Source: a virus. Taken from it: 64,000 nucleotides of DNA. The DNA lies in IMG/VR virus record IMGVR_UViG_3300045988_161200; one strand, 5' to 3'. Below, piece by piece: positions 38,975 through 48,022 of this stretch. The notes below the pieces were generated by a model that ran no database searches, was not told the origin of the DNA, and was given only the letters and a program-made list of their open reading frames with translations. The number at the start of each line of letters is the position of its first letter. Within the stretch, counting starts at the first letter, position 1. Position numbers and translations under genes: made by a program.

Positions 38975-39946
38975 TTATAATTCTTTTTTAACTTGCTCCA
39001 CGCTTTGCTTATATTCATTATACTCAGAAACAATTCTTTGAGCCGTAGATAATGAAACACCGGACAACTTTTTATAGGTTTCAGAGCCTTCCATACCAAA
39101 AAATAAATAGTCGTTCTCTTTTTCATACTGGCTCATTCTATAAAATATACCGGACTTAATTATTGTCGGTTTATTCAGCCTTGAGTCTGATACTCTTCCT
39201 ATTGCTAAATATCTAAAATTATTTAGAGATTTCTTACTCATTGTATTAAACAAATTATCATATGTCCAATCTTCACGCTTACGCTTATATCTACTCTTTT
39301 TATATGGTCGGTGTTTTTCTGATTCCTTAATATCCATAATGGACTGATAAGCTTCATTTAACAGTTCTTTTTCATCCTCTGAAATAGTGTATGTTTTGTC
39401 GCCAACTGTTATCTGTCCTGATGTAATAATAGTTATAACATCTTTTAAAGTCAATGACATCATTTCTTCATCGGACAAACCGTTCCAAACAAATACAATA
39501 AAGGCATTATATTTCTTTTGGTTAAGATACAAGGTATCAAGTTCTTGTTCACTTAATTCGTGTTCTTTAATCGAAGATTCCTCATCTTCAGCTTTTAGCA
39601 GTGCCTTTTTTAATTCAGTAAAATCAGAAAACAATATTTCATTTAAATTACTGTTACATATTTTTGTTGCCAGTTCTCGCAATCTGTTCAACTGATAATA
39701 TATATCTGCGATAGACACATTATAAGTTCTATGAACCCACATTAAATAATCGTCAAAAGAACTATAAAACGCATTTAACGTTGATGGTTTTGTATTTTTT
39801 GCGTCAATAATATCAACAATTTCTTCAGCTGACATATCAAAAACATTCTCTTTAATCACATTGAGCTTTCTCAATCTTAATACATATACTTTTAAACTCA
39901 CTGATTTTTCACAACGATCGCAATATTCATCAAAATACGGAAGCAT
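38975..39946 (-). CDS. hypothetical protein
   Basis: 323-aa ORF directly downstream of mazF. No catalytic motif recognised. Confidence 0.5.
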   Translation of the reverse strand: MLPYFDEYCDRCEKSVSLKVYVLRLRKLNVIKENVFDMSAEEIVDIIDAKNTKPSTLNAFYSSFDDYLMWVHRTYNVSIADIYYQLNRLRELATKICNSNLNEILFSDFTELKKALLKAEDEESSIKEHELSEQELDTLYLNQKKYNAFIVFVWNGLSDEEMMSLTLKDVITIITSGQITVGDKTYTISEDEKELLNEAYQSIMDIKESEKHRPYKKSRYKRKREDWTYDNLFNTMSKKSLNNFRYLAIGRVSDSRLNKPTIIKSGIFYRMSQYEKENDYLFFGMEGSETYKKLSGVSLSTAQRIVSEYNEYKQSVEQVKKEL

Positions 39947-40011
39947 ATCATCACCCTTTCATACTCTCTAAAACAATTTTATCACTTCCTTTTGAATTTG
40001 TCAAGGCTTTT

Positions 40012-40422
40012 TTAGACAAGACAATGTTTATCGCTCAGTCCCAAACTTGCAACTATAGCCTTGTCGATACATCTCATCATTCTCTCGCCAAGTTTTCCAC
40101 TCCAGCTGAGAATACGGGATTTATCAATGGTTCTTACCTGTTCCATCATTGTAATAGTGGACTTCTTTAGTCCTGTTCCTGTTTCGACAGATGGATTAAC
40201 GTTGACATGAGTAACCATAGGCTTTTTATCCTTGCTTGTCATTATAGCAACGATAAGGCAGGGTGAATGTTGATTGCCTTTTTCATTCTGAATTACAACT
40301 GCGGGTCTTACACCACCCTGTTCAGACCCAACGGCATCTCCGAAATCGACCCAAACTATATCACCTCTATGATATTCCATTGTTCTATCATAAATCCTTG
40401 ACCACGAATTTGTTGCTGTCAT
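40012..40422 (-). CDS. mazF: MazF/PemK-family endoribonuclease toxin
   Basis: RGDIVWVDFGDAVGSEQGGVRPAVVIQNEKGNQHSPCLIVAIMTS is the MazF/PemK signature. The start is set at the ATG preceded by AAAGGAG. Confidence 0.85.
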   Translation of the reverse strand: MTATNSWSRIYDRTMEYHRGDIVWVDFGDAVGSEQGGVRPAVVIQNEKGNQHSPCLIVAIMTSKDKKPMVTHVNVNPSVETGTGLKKSTITMMEQVRTIDKSRILSWSGKLGERMMRCIDKAIVASLGLSDKHCLV

Positions 40423-40525
40423 ATTATTATCTCCTTTCATTTAGTATAAGACTGAATTTTGCTCTACAAGTTTTATTATCTTTATTTTATCATTTACTTA
40501 TTTCAAAATCAGTCTAAAAATATTT

Positions 40526-41053
40526 CTAAATTGTAAACTCTATCATTTCAGAGAAATTAATAAATGGTAATATACCATCTTCTCTGATCTGACAATAGTC
40601 TGTACCCATTAATTCATCGGATATCACATCTCCTTTCAATTCATATTTTTCATTGACAATACCTCTGAGAATAGGCTTAAACCAATGTACAAAAGCTTCT
40701 CCAGGTTCACTGTCATATGTATCATTTACTATCATTATAGACTTATCATTTGCAGTTAATTCAAACGTTACAAAATTTTCTTGTGCAAAAATACTTAAAC
40801 TAACTGCTTTTACGATATTTAAATCTGGGTGAGCTATTGTAGCTGTTATCTGTTTTATTTTATTAACGTCAAAATAGGAGTTAAACAAAATGCTTCCATT
40901 ATTAAAGTATTCTGTTAATTGAGATTTTATACCTTCTATACTCATTTTCATCAATCCTTTCGTGTCATTTACAAAATCTTCGTCTGAATTGCCACACAAT
41001 TCCCTTATATACGGACTTGCCGTATAGGAACGAGAAAACATTCCCATTGGCAT
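40526..41053 (-). CDS. hypothetical protein
   Basis: 175-aa ORF upstream of mazF. Ends in TAG. Confidence 0.5.
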   Translation of the reverse strand: MPMGMFSRSYTASPYIRELCGNSDEDFVNDTKGLMKMSIEGIKSQLTEYFNNGSILFNSYFDVNKIKQITATIAHPDLNIVKAVSLSIFAQENFVTFELTANDKSIMIVNDTYDSEPGEAFVHWFKPILRGIVNEKYELKGDVISDELMGTDYCQIREDGILPFINFSEMIEFTI

Positions 41054-41145
41054 TTATCCATATTTGATGACTTCCGCTGCCGTTTCGGAGAAATGTGAAG
41101 CCATTATCCGTTAGCATTGTAAGAAACTTCCTTATATCCATAGTA

Positions 41146-41541
41146 TTACCTCAGATGCAGAATATCTGTTACTTCTTTAAAGGTTATTTCTCTATATGTA
41201 TTGCCCCTGACATCAATTTCAAAACAAATACAAGGAACTTTTTTAGCATAACAAATCTTAAAAATTATCATTTCAGGGTCTGGTTCTTGACAAGCAGGTT
41301 CACCTTCGGATTTATATGCAAAGTTACTTTCATAACAAGCCAAAATTGTCCTGCCATAATTCTTTGCCTTGCTATGTTTATCTATCGAGTCAAGTTCATC
41401 ATTAAGCCTAATAAGTCTTTCGAGCTTATCTCTCTCACTGAGCAGATACTTTTCGTCTGCTTTTACCTTCCCATCATATCCGAGAAACTGAGCGTATTTG
41501 TTGAGTATTTCATCATACATATTCATTTGATTTTCCTCCAT
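41146..41541 (-). CDS. hypothetical protein
   Basis: ORF whose start is either 41541 or 41526 (the latter preceded by GGAGG). Confidence 0.45.
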   Translation of the reverse strand: MEENQMNMYDEILNKYAQFLGYDGKVKADEKYLLSERDKLERLIRLNDELDSIDKHSKAKNYGRTILACYESNFAYKSEGEPACQEPDPEMIIFKICYAKKVPCICFEIDVRGNTYREITFKEVTDILHLR

Positions 41542-42020
41542 TATTTTAATAATTCTGGTGCAATTTTTATACCGCATTGTTCAACCTCTTTTATTTTAAA
41601 CCTTGCAGTCCTTATTCTTTCTACATCATACGCCGTAAGTGCGTGACCCCAAAATTCTTCAAGTTTTCTATTCAAGACTTTATCGTTTTCAATAACAGTG
41701 TATTTATCCCTATATTTTTTATCAAACCTTTTTATCTTTAAATATGGGACATAATAAGTAGTCTTATTTATCCTATCATATCGCAAATAGCAATACAAAG
41801 GAGAGGTAAAGATTTTCTTAATTTTGTACATGACTGTACGAATTGCATTGTAAATAAAAAATATTACAAAAGCAAAAATTTGAAACAATAAATCTTCCTC
41901 ATTCTTCAGCACTATAACGTTTATGATGCTGTTTAAAACAGTACCAATAATAATACCTATTACAATTTCCATACATACATCCCTATTCCATTGAAATTGT
42001 TGTTTGTGTACGGTCGGCAA
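41541..42020 (-). CDS. membrane protein
   Basis: 159-aa ORF with two N-terminal TM helices. Confidence 0.5.
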   Translation of the reverse strand: MPTVHKQQFQWNRDVCMEIVIGIIIGTVLNSIINVIVLKNEEDLLFQIFAFVIFFIYNAIRTVMYKIKKIFTSPLYCYLRYDRINKTTYYVPYLKIKRFDKKYRDKYTVIENDKVLNRKLEEFWGHALTAYDVERIRTARFKIKEVEQCGIKIAPELLK

Positions 42021-42243
42021 GAGTGTCTATAACAATATTTCCACAAACAGTAGGAAATACGGCTGTTACTCTCTCACCGTTCTTCGCCTGCTCATAATGT
42101 CCAGCTGCATTTTCAGCCCACATACCCGTGATATGAGCATATAAAGCTATTGCAACATCTTTTGCAAGTATAGGATTTTCTTTCTGCTTTGTCTTGAGGT
42201 CATCGCTGACCTTGTATTTACCTATCTGCAACACCATTATCAA
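41983..42243 (-). CDS. hypothetical protein
   Basis: 86-aa ORF. Confidence 0.45.
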   Translation of the reverse strand: MIMVLQIGKYKVSDDLKTKQKENPILAKDVAIALYAHITGMWAENAAGHYEQAKNGERVTAVFPTVCGNIVIDTLADRTQTTISME

Positions 42244-42794
42244 TCCTTTCTTATTACTGGAAATTTACCCTGATATCTTATAAATTTGAGAGCCAAATAT
42301 CTTGTATATCCGTCTATAAGCGTATTATTTTTAGATATCGTTATTGGCTTTGTATCAAGATATTCTGAAATAGTATTAGTTCTCAATGCTTCTTTCATAT
42401 TCGTAATTGTGTTATGTAACTTTTCTTCTTTTGGTGGACTTTTCTTAAATGAGGACGGAATTATTATTTCAGAAAGAGTTACCCATTCCGTACTATCCGA
42501 CAATTCAGCATAAAATTTATCTCTGGTGGCAGAATTTACTAAAACCGCATCTATAGTCTTTATGCCATCTCTGATTGCAATAGTATAGTCTTTCCAACCC
42601 GTGATAAGGTTATAAGTACAGTCCTTATTATCATGTAATATTACCAACAGTTTATTTTTGTCTTTGTTAAGACTGGGTATCTGGGAGAGGTCACTACTAT
42701 AATGAACCTTTTCTATCATTCTTATCATTGATACCGGTATCTTTCTTATTTTTCCACTTTTCCGAGCCAATGCTCTAAATTCTTTAACGGTCAT
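42240..42794 (-). CDS. ParB/Srx-like N-terminal domain protein
   Basis: Segments IRKIPVSMI ... ITGWKDYTIAIRDG and NTLIDGYTRYLALKF resemble ParB-N nuclease/NTPase cores. Confidence 0.5.
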   Translation of the reverse strand: MTVKEFRALARKSGKIRKIPVSMIRMIEKVHYSSDLSQIPSLNKDKNKLLVILHDNKDCTYNLITGWKDYTIAIRDGIKTIDAVLVNSATRDKFYAELSDSTEWVTLSEIIIPSSFKKSPPKEEKLHNTITNMKEALRTNTISEYLDTKPITISKNNTLIDGYTRYLALKFIRYQGKFPVIRKD

Positions 42795-42808
42795 TTATAT
42801 CATTCCTT

Positions 42809-43651
42809 TCAAATCTTATATCCTGATAATTTTGTAAACTCCTCCAACCCTATATTAAGGTCGAGCCATTTCTGACGTAATTTTACAGGGTTTACAGTCA
42901 TATAATGGTTTATTGTAGTATCGACATCTGCGTGAGCTACAGCTACACAAGCAACCATAGCATTCCTGTTATCGTTCCAATTTCGTGAAATGAACTCACA
43001 AAATGTCTTTCTCATAGCATGAGAACTATAATGACCCATTATGCCAAGTTTTTGAGTTATCGTTTTTAGCCAGCGTCCCACTGATTGAACAGTCATTGGA
43101 GCAAGTTCTCGCTCCTTTCCGTTCTCGTCATATTTTTCGCCTGTTGTTTTTACATCAATAATTCCTCCACATTCATCGTAAATGAACTCAGAAAAATATG
43201 CTTTGCGGTTTCCATCTCCACTGAACAAATAATCCTCTACTTTTAAAGATTTAAAATCAATAAGAAATCTGAGGGCGGTTTTAACAGCTTTATTGAAGTA
43301 TACAGGTCTCGCTTTGCTTGTTTTTTGTTCAGCGATATACTTAACATCAAGAATGTTTCCATTTTCATCTGTTACATCTTTTACTTTAAACGAAAGAATA
43401 TCACCACAGCGATAGCCTGTGTTTATTCCGAAGATGAACATTACCATTTTATGATATGCTCTTTCTTTGAAACACTGACGAATAACAGCGTTGATATCAT
43501 TTTCGCACATAAACGCATCGGCAGAATGATTAGTAGGAGCTTCCACCTCAGTAACAACAACTTGTCTCTGAGATATCTTACGTCTGCTTTTTCTGCCCGA
43601 CATATCAATGATATTAGCTGTTGTTGAATTATAAGCTATCGCTGCGTTCAT
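42809..43651 (-). CDS. tyrosine site-specific recombinase
   Basis: GYRCGDIL (Arg), HAMRKTF (HxxR) and HADVDTTINHYM (His...Tyr) are all present. Confidence 0.8.
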   Translation of the reverse strand: MNAAIAYNSTTANIIDMSGRKSRRKISQRQVVVTEVEAPTNHSADAFMCENDINAVIRQCFKERAYHKMVMFIFGINTGYRCGDILSFKVKDVTDENGNILDVKYIAEQKTSKARPVYFNKAVKTALRFLIDFKSLKVEDYLFSGDGNRKAYFSEFIYDECGGIIDVKTTGEKYDENGKERELAPMTVQSVGRWLKTITQKLGIMGHYSSHAMRKTFCEFISRNWNDNRNAMVACVAVAHADVDTTINHYMTVNPVKLRQKWLDLNIGLEEFTKLSGYKI

Positions 43652-43691
43652 AGTGATTATCCTTTCATTTAGAAGTATTATACTTATGCAA

Positions 43692-44474
43692 TCAAACTCC
43701 GTATATCGGCTTTATCTTACCACGCTTGGACACCTCATTATACTTGTCTCTAAGAGTTTCCGTCCAGTTAATAGGATAGGACATTTTGAGGTTCTTGGCT
43801 GTATTTGTAAGCATCTGAGGTGTATATTTTGCAAGAGCATTGACAAGCCTTGATGTGACGATATTATTTCCGTAAAGTTTGAGAAACTCTGTTGTTCCTG
43901 CTATGATATCGCCCTGCAAACTGGATTCTCTTCCGTTATACGCTTCAATAAGACACTTTATGGCAAGAATAGTATCATCAGAATCCTTCTTATATAGCAT
44001 TTCCACCTTTTTAACAGCATTGATTCTCATTCCGGTAGTGGTCTTTTTATCATAAGGTAATCTACCACCAACACGAGAAACTTTTAATGCAAGCTCGCAA
44101 GGAAGTTCTCTGCCGGCTTCATAAGAAGCAAGTGTCATTTCATTAAATGTATGCCGATGTTTCTTTTCATACTGGTCAACATAATAATCAGCTTCATCAG
44201 TATAGGTCATTCCCTTATGTACAATACACTGAATATCCACAGGCTTATTTTCGTTAACAGCTTCGAGAATAATGACTGTATGCTGTCCATCAATTACGTA
44301 ATACTTTCCGTCTCGATAAGAAACGTGAACAGGGTCAACCTTATTAGGATTGAAATCCTTAACACATTTAGCAATAAATTTCATATTAATTTTACGCTGA
44401 TATGGCTGTTTGCTTTTAAGCTGAGATGAGTTGATCGTTCTTGTTGTCCAACTGGGCTGTGCTGAAAATTCCAT
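43692..44474 (-). CDS. ParB-like / DGQHR-type domain protein
   Basis: KQPYQRKIN ... VSYRDGKYYVIDGQHTVI motif. Confidence 0.5.
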   Translation of the reverse strand: MEFSAQPSWTTRTINSSQLKSKQPYQRKINMKFIAKCVKDFNPNKVDPVHVSYRDGKYYVIDGQHTVIILEAVNENKPVDIQCIVHKGMTYTDEADYYVDQYEKKHRHTFNEMTLASYEAGRELPCELALKVSRVGGRLPYDKKTTTGMRINAVKKVEMLYKKDSDDTILAIKCLIEAYNGRESSLQGDIIAGTTEFLKLYGNNIVTSRLVNALAKYTPQMLTNTAKNLKMSYPINWTETLRDKYNEVSKRGKIKPIYGV

Positions 44475-44478
44475 AATT

Positions 44479-45210
44479 TTATTCCTCCATTATTATATTA
44501 GATTTTTCTATAATTGCTTCTTTTAAGGAAGTTATTGTATTTACCACTGTACTTAATGTAAGTGTTATATCAGCTATGGCTTCTTTTTTGGTATATTGCT
44601 TATCAGAAACTCTATCCACCATTTCAATATAATCTTTAAGAGATTCGATGTAATTTTTAGTTTCTGATTTGAACATACTTGTTATCATTGCAAACGTAAG
44701 AGATTCTTCCGAATCGTCCTTCATTCGCTTGGCTCTATCCAACATTGTATCTGTTGCTTTAGTACCCACGATAACAACATTCCCTTTGCGTTTATAAAGT
44801 CCCGTTGAACTTATTTCGTTGTCGAGATAAAGTGTTTTATCTTCGTCACTACAATAATTTAAAGCGGAAATTACTTTTGTAGCTTGAGATGTTGAATTTT
44901 CCGATAAAACTTTATTGACGCACTTATCATTTATTTCACTTTTGATAAGCTTATCATAACAAGATAGGACACATTTACAATCTCTTGCAGTTCTGTCAGG
45001 CTGACCTAAAGCTTTGCTCACTTCCCTGTAGGACGTTTCCATCTTCATTGACCTCGGATTCAATTCCACTTGGCGAGTTGCCAGCTCCACTATCCTCTGA
45101 CACAATTTCAGTGTCAAACACGTCTGAGATAATGTCTGTTTCAGTTCCATTATCTCCGTTGTCAATATTTCCTGCTGATCCGCTTTCGTCAGTGCCGTTT
45201 TCTTTGCCAT
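44479..45210 (-). CDS. hypothetical protein (start uncertain, possibly 45042)
   Basis: The longest ORF overlaps the DUF262 gene by 215 nt. The internal ATG at 45042 has a GAGG RBS. Confidence 0.4.
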   Translation of the reverse strand: MAKKTALTKADQQEILTTEIMELKQTLSQTCLTLKLCQRIVELATRQVELNPRSMKMETSYREVSKALGQPDRTARDCKCVLSCYDKLIKSEINDKCVNKVLSENSTSQATKVISALNYCSDEDKTLYLDNEISSTGLYKRKGNVVIVGTKATDTMLDRAKRMKDDSEESLTFAMITSMFKSETKNYIESLKDYIEMVDRVSDKQYTKKEAIADITLTLSTVVNTITSLKEAIIEKSNIIMEE

Positions 45211-46354
45211 TTATTTCACCCTCATTCTCATCAAGATATTCGTCCATATAATCATCTATAGCATACTGTCTATCTTCTACCATTTCAGCAGAATACAGAG
45301 AGCTTCCGCTACCATTGGATTCACAGCTTGATGTAAGCAGTTCAAAATTATCACTGCTCCAGAATTTATTGAGAAAGTTTCTGTAATCAGTAGCTGTTTT
45401 ATTCTTTCTCTTAAACGAATTAAGACTCATTATATAATGTGGAATAGTTACAGAATCTAATCTTGCAGATTCTTCTTCCGACAGATTCATTTTAATTTCT
45501 GCAAGTTCCTCTACGAGCATAGATAGATTAGCGATATCCGATGCTTTTACATAATCATCAAAATCATCTACAAACTTAGTCATCGTTGCAGAGCCAAGAT
45601 TATTATAATTGTAAAATGTCATCATCATAAGAGTTCTTACTATACAACAAAGGATACTGTCATTTTTTGCCTTGCAACCATTAACATCTTCCCAAAGTAT
45701 GCTATCACAAATTGGCTGTAAAGAACGCATAACGCCTGAACCAAGAGCAAAACGTATTTTCTGATAAGCATTTGGGGACTTTCCGTTATTCATACAGAAT
45801 ACAATGTCGTCCAATTCTTCATCAGAAAAGCCCTCGTGCATATATGTAGTAAGGCTATATTTATTAAAAAATGTCTTTATCGCATCGGAGAGCTGAGAAT
45901 ATTTTTTCCCTGCAATGTCAATTTCGACCTTTTGTTCATTGCCATTTTCATCAACACATCTACACACAACAGGCAATGCTCTTTTATCCAAAGCAAACTT
46001 ATCGTGATAAAAGTCTACAAGTGTTGTGGTTCTCTGCAATCCATCTACGAGAGATGTGATTGAATAACTTTTACTCTCAGCTCTGCCCTTGGCAAGTGCT
46101 ATACTTCCGATAGGTCTATTATGTAAAACAGCTTCAATTAACTTAGACTTCTGCTTTTTTGTCCACTGGTCATCTGTGCGCTGAATAAGTGGATCACGGC
46201 AGATTTCTCCATCGTCAACTTCTTCAACATACATTTTTACTGAATAAGGAATCATCCGCACATCTGATTCTTCTCTTACACGCTCTGCAATGGTATAAGC
46301 AGTTCCATTGAGTTCAATAGAATTGTAATCTTTTTTCTTTGTTGTCTTTGTCAT
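44996..46354 (-). CDS. DUF262-domain protein with acidic low-complexity tail
   Basis: IQRTDDQWTKKQKSKLIEAVLHNRPIGSI ... LVDGLQRTTTL (DUF262 / GmrSD N-terminal signature). No DUF1524/HNH C-terminal domain is seen. Confidence 0.75.
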   Translation of the reverse strand: MTKTTKKKDYNSIELNGTAYTIAERVREESDVRMIPYSVKMYVEEVDDGEICRDPLIQRTDDQWTKKQKSKLIEAVLHNRPIGSIALAKGRAESKSYSITSLVDGLQRTTTLVDFYHDKFALDKRALPVVCRCVDENGNEQKVEIDIAGKKYSQLSDAIKTFFNKYSLTTYMHEGFSDEELDDIVFCMNNGKSPNAYQKIRFALGSGVMRSLQPICDSILWEDVNGCKAKNDSILCCIVRTLMMMTFYNYNNLGSATMTKFVDDFDDYVKASDIANLSMLVEELAEIKMNLSEEESARLDSVTIPHYIMSLNSFKRKNKTATDYRNFLNKFWSSDNFELLTSSCESNGSGSSLYSAEMVEDRQYAIDDYMDEYLDENEGEINGKENGTDESGSAGNIDNGDNGTETDIISDVFDTEIVSEDSGAGNSPSGIESEVNEDGNVLQGSEQSFRSA

Positions 46355-46414
46355 ATGTATATCCTCCTTTGAATTTTTACTTACTTATATAATAACATAT
46401 TTTCTGAAAGGTGC

Positions 46415-46443
46415 TTGACAAATCTCAGAACATATGTTATTAT
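46415..46443 (+). promoter_or_regulatory. promoter of the XRE regulator gene
   Basis: TTGACA (46415-46420), 17 nt, TATTAT (46438-46443), bracketed by a 13-bp inverted repeat (46388-46400 / 46432-46444). Confidence 0.6.
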
Positions 46444-46594
46444 ATAAGACTAAGGTTTGAATCCTTTATGATTTGACCTTGATATAAGTATATCACTTAT
46501 AATAGAGCTTGTCAACACAAGATAGAACTAAATAATATACAAATATTTCTTTTTATAATTGTTTATATTACACATATTGATTGGAGATGCTTAT

Positions 46595-46810
46595 ATGAAC
46601 ATATTCGGACGAATTGTAAAACAATATCTTCTTGATAATGATATAAAACAACAAGAGATAGTTGACAAAATGAATGTTGCTAAAAATACTGTAAGTCAAT
46701 CACTTAATCGCCCCAATGTCACTCTTGATACAATGCTTAAAATTGCCGAGGCTCTGGACTGTGACCTTGAGATTAAGCTTGTTCCAAAATCCAATTCTCA
46801 ACACAATTAA
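46595..46810 (+). CDS. XRE-family helix-turn-helix regulator
   Basis: IKQQEIVDKMNVAKNTVSQSLNRPNVTLDTMLKIAEAL is an HTH_3-type pattern. GGAG RBS before the ATG at 46595. Confidence 0.75.
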   Translation: MNIFGRIVKQYLLDNDIKQQEIVDKMNVAKNTVSQSLNRPNVTLDTMLKIAEALDCDLEIKLVPKSNSQHN

Positions 46811-46828
46811 CAAAATAATACAATAAAA

Positions 46829-46878
46829 ATAGTGCGGTCTGACAATTTTTTCTATCAAACCGCACTATTTTCTTTTTC
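46829..46878 (+). terminator. rho-independent terminator candidate
   Basis: ATAGTGCGGT ... ACCGCACTAT stem followed by TTTCTTTTT. Confidence 0.5.
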
Positions 46879-47392
46879 GTAGATAATCTGATATAATCAA
46901 AAGTAATTGGAAGACCCATATACCCCTTTTCCCCGTATTACTTACGGCAGTTTGACTACCTACAGAGGAGGGGATTTGTATAGAGGTTTTGATTGCGTTG
47001 CTGTCCATACTCGGCACAATCGTTATTCCAATAACGCTCGTAATTATCGTGAAAATGTGCCTGAATGACAAGAAACATCGTTTCTCCATTCGTCTCGGAA
47101 AGAATGGATTCAAGGTCGATATTAGACCGATAGATTAACACCCAGAGCGTTAGTATGGGTGGCTCTCACGTTATGGGTAGTGGGAGCTTTTGCTTTTGAT
47201 TATGTATCAGATTACCTACTATATCTATTATACTGCAATGCAGATAATAAATCAAGTCGATTTGTGCGATTTTTAAATCGTATATCACAATATCAATGTT
47301 CCATTTTCTTACTCCTTTCTAAAAATATTGCTTACTATTGCCAAAGGTATATATTATACACTTACAACCTTTTATCAAGGAGGACACATAAA

Positions 47393-47678
47393 TGAAATAC
47401 AGCAATGAATGTATGACTGATGTAATTCAGTGCATATTGGGCAATTTACATTTTAAGGACACTTCTCATAATGGTATATATATGATTTTATTCCTATTAC
47501 CTTTGACGTAGTTTTTAAGAGCGAATCACTCAAAAACTACTCATCTGATGAAGTTAAGTTTTGCCTTTGTATTTTATATAACAAAGAATATATATCTACA
47601 AACGGTCAAAAAGGAAGCGATGATTGGGAAATCATCGGAATTACTTCTAAAGGATATGAAAACTTATTTAAGATATAA
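47393..47678 (+). CDS. small winged-helix-like protein, frame broken in an (AT)4 repeat
   Basis: MKYSNECMTDVIQCILGNLHFKDTSHNGIY then shifts frame. Removing one AT unit at 47476-47483 gives a continuous ...DFIPITFDVVFKSESLKNY...IIGITSKGYENLFKI. Confidence 0.35.
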
Positions 47679-47680
47679 GT

Positions 47681-47902
47681 TTATCTTTTCTCATAGATCA
47701 TATAGTTCATAACCTTATCCAAAACGTATTGCACTTCGGCAATAGTAAGACCATTTTTGTTTATACATTCAATGCATAAATCATACATTTCTGTATAGTC
47801 CTTATAGTCTTTTTCTTGTGTGTCAACATTCATCATGCGCAGATGAGGTTCTCTGGGTATAAATTCAATGCTTTTTGTTTTAGATGTAAACATATTTTTC
47901 AA
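47681..47902 (-). CDS. hypothetical protein, first gene of the operator-controlled leftward promoter
   Basis: 73-aa ORF downstream of the 47994-48022 promoter. Confidence 0.5.
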   Translation of the reverse strand: MKNMFTSKTKSIEFIPREPHLRMMNVDTQEKDYKDYTEMYDLCIECINKNGLTIAEVQYVLDKVMNYMIYEKR

Positions 47903-47919
47903 TTCCTTTCTCTAAATAC

Positions 47920-47948
47920 TTGACAAATTTCTCTAAATATGTTATTAT
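47920..47948 (+). promoter_or_regulatory. rightward promoter toward the CI-like repressor gene
   Basis: TTGACA (47920-47925), 17 nt, TATTAT (47943-47948). Nearly identical to the 46415-46443 promoter. Confidence 0.6.
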
Positions 47949-47993
47949 ATAATACTAAGAACTTACTGTTATGTAATTTCTTGGTATGTATAT

Positions 47994-48022
47994 AGTATAA
48001 CGCAATAAATTGCGTTTGTCAA
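47994..48022 (-). promoter_or_regulatory. leftward promoter overlapped by an operator
   Basis: Minus strand: TTGACA (48017-48022), 17-nt spacer AACGCAATTTATTGCGT, TATACT (47994-47999). Confidence 0.6.

Noticed and set aside
44996-45210. 215-nt out-of-frame overlap between the DUF262 gene and the next ORF, considered as overprinted genes.
   Set aside because: An internal ATG at 45042 with a GAGG RBS reduces the overlap to 47 nt. A mis-set start is the simpler explanation.
46865-47395. Small ORFs 46865-47113, 46956-47141 (minus) and 47159-47395 (plus).
   Set aside because: They overlap one another, the translations look unnatural, there are no RBSs, and the region carries terminator and leader-type motifs. 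I treated it as non-coding.
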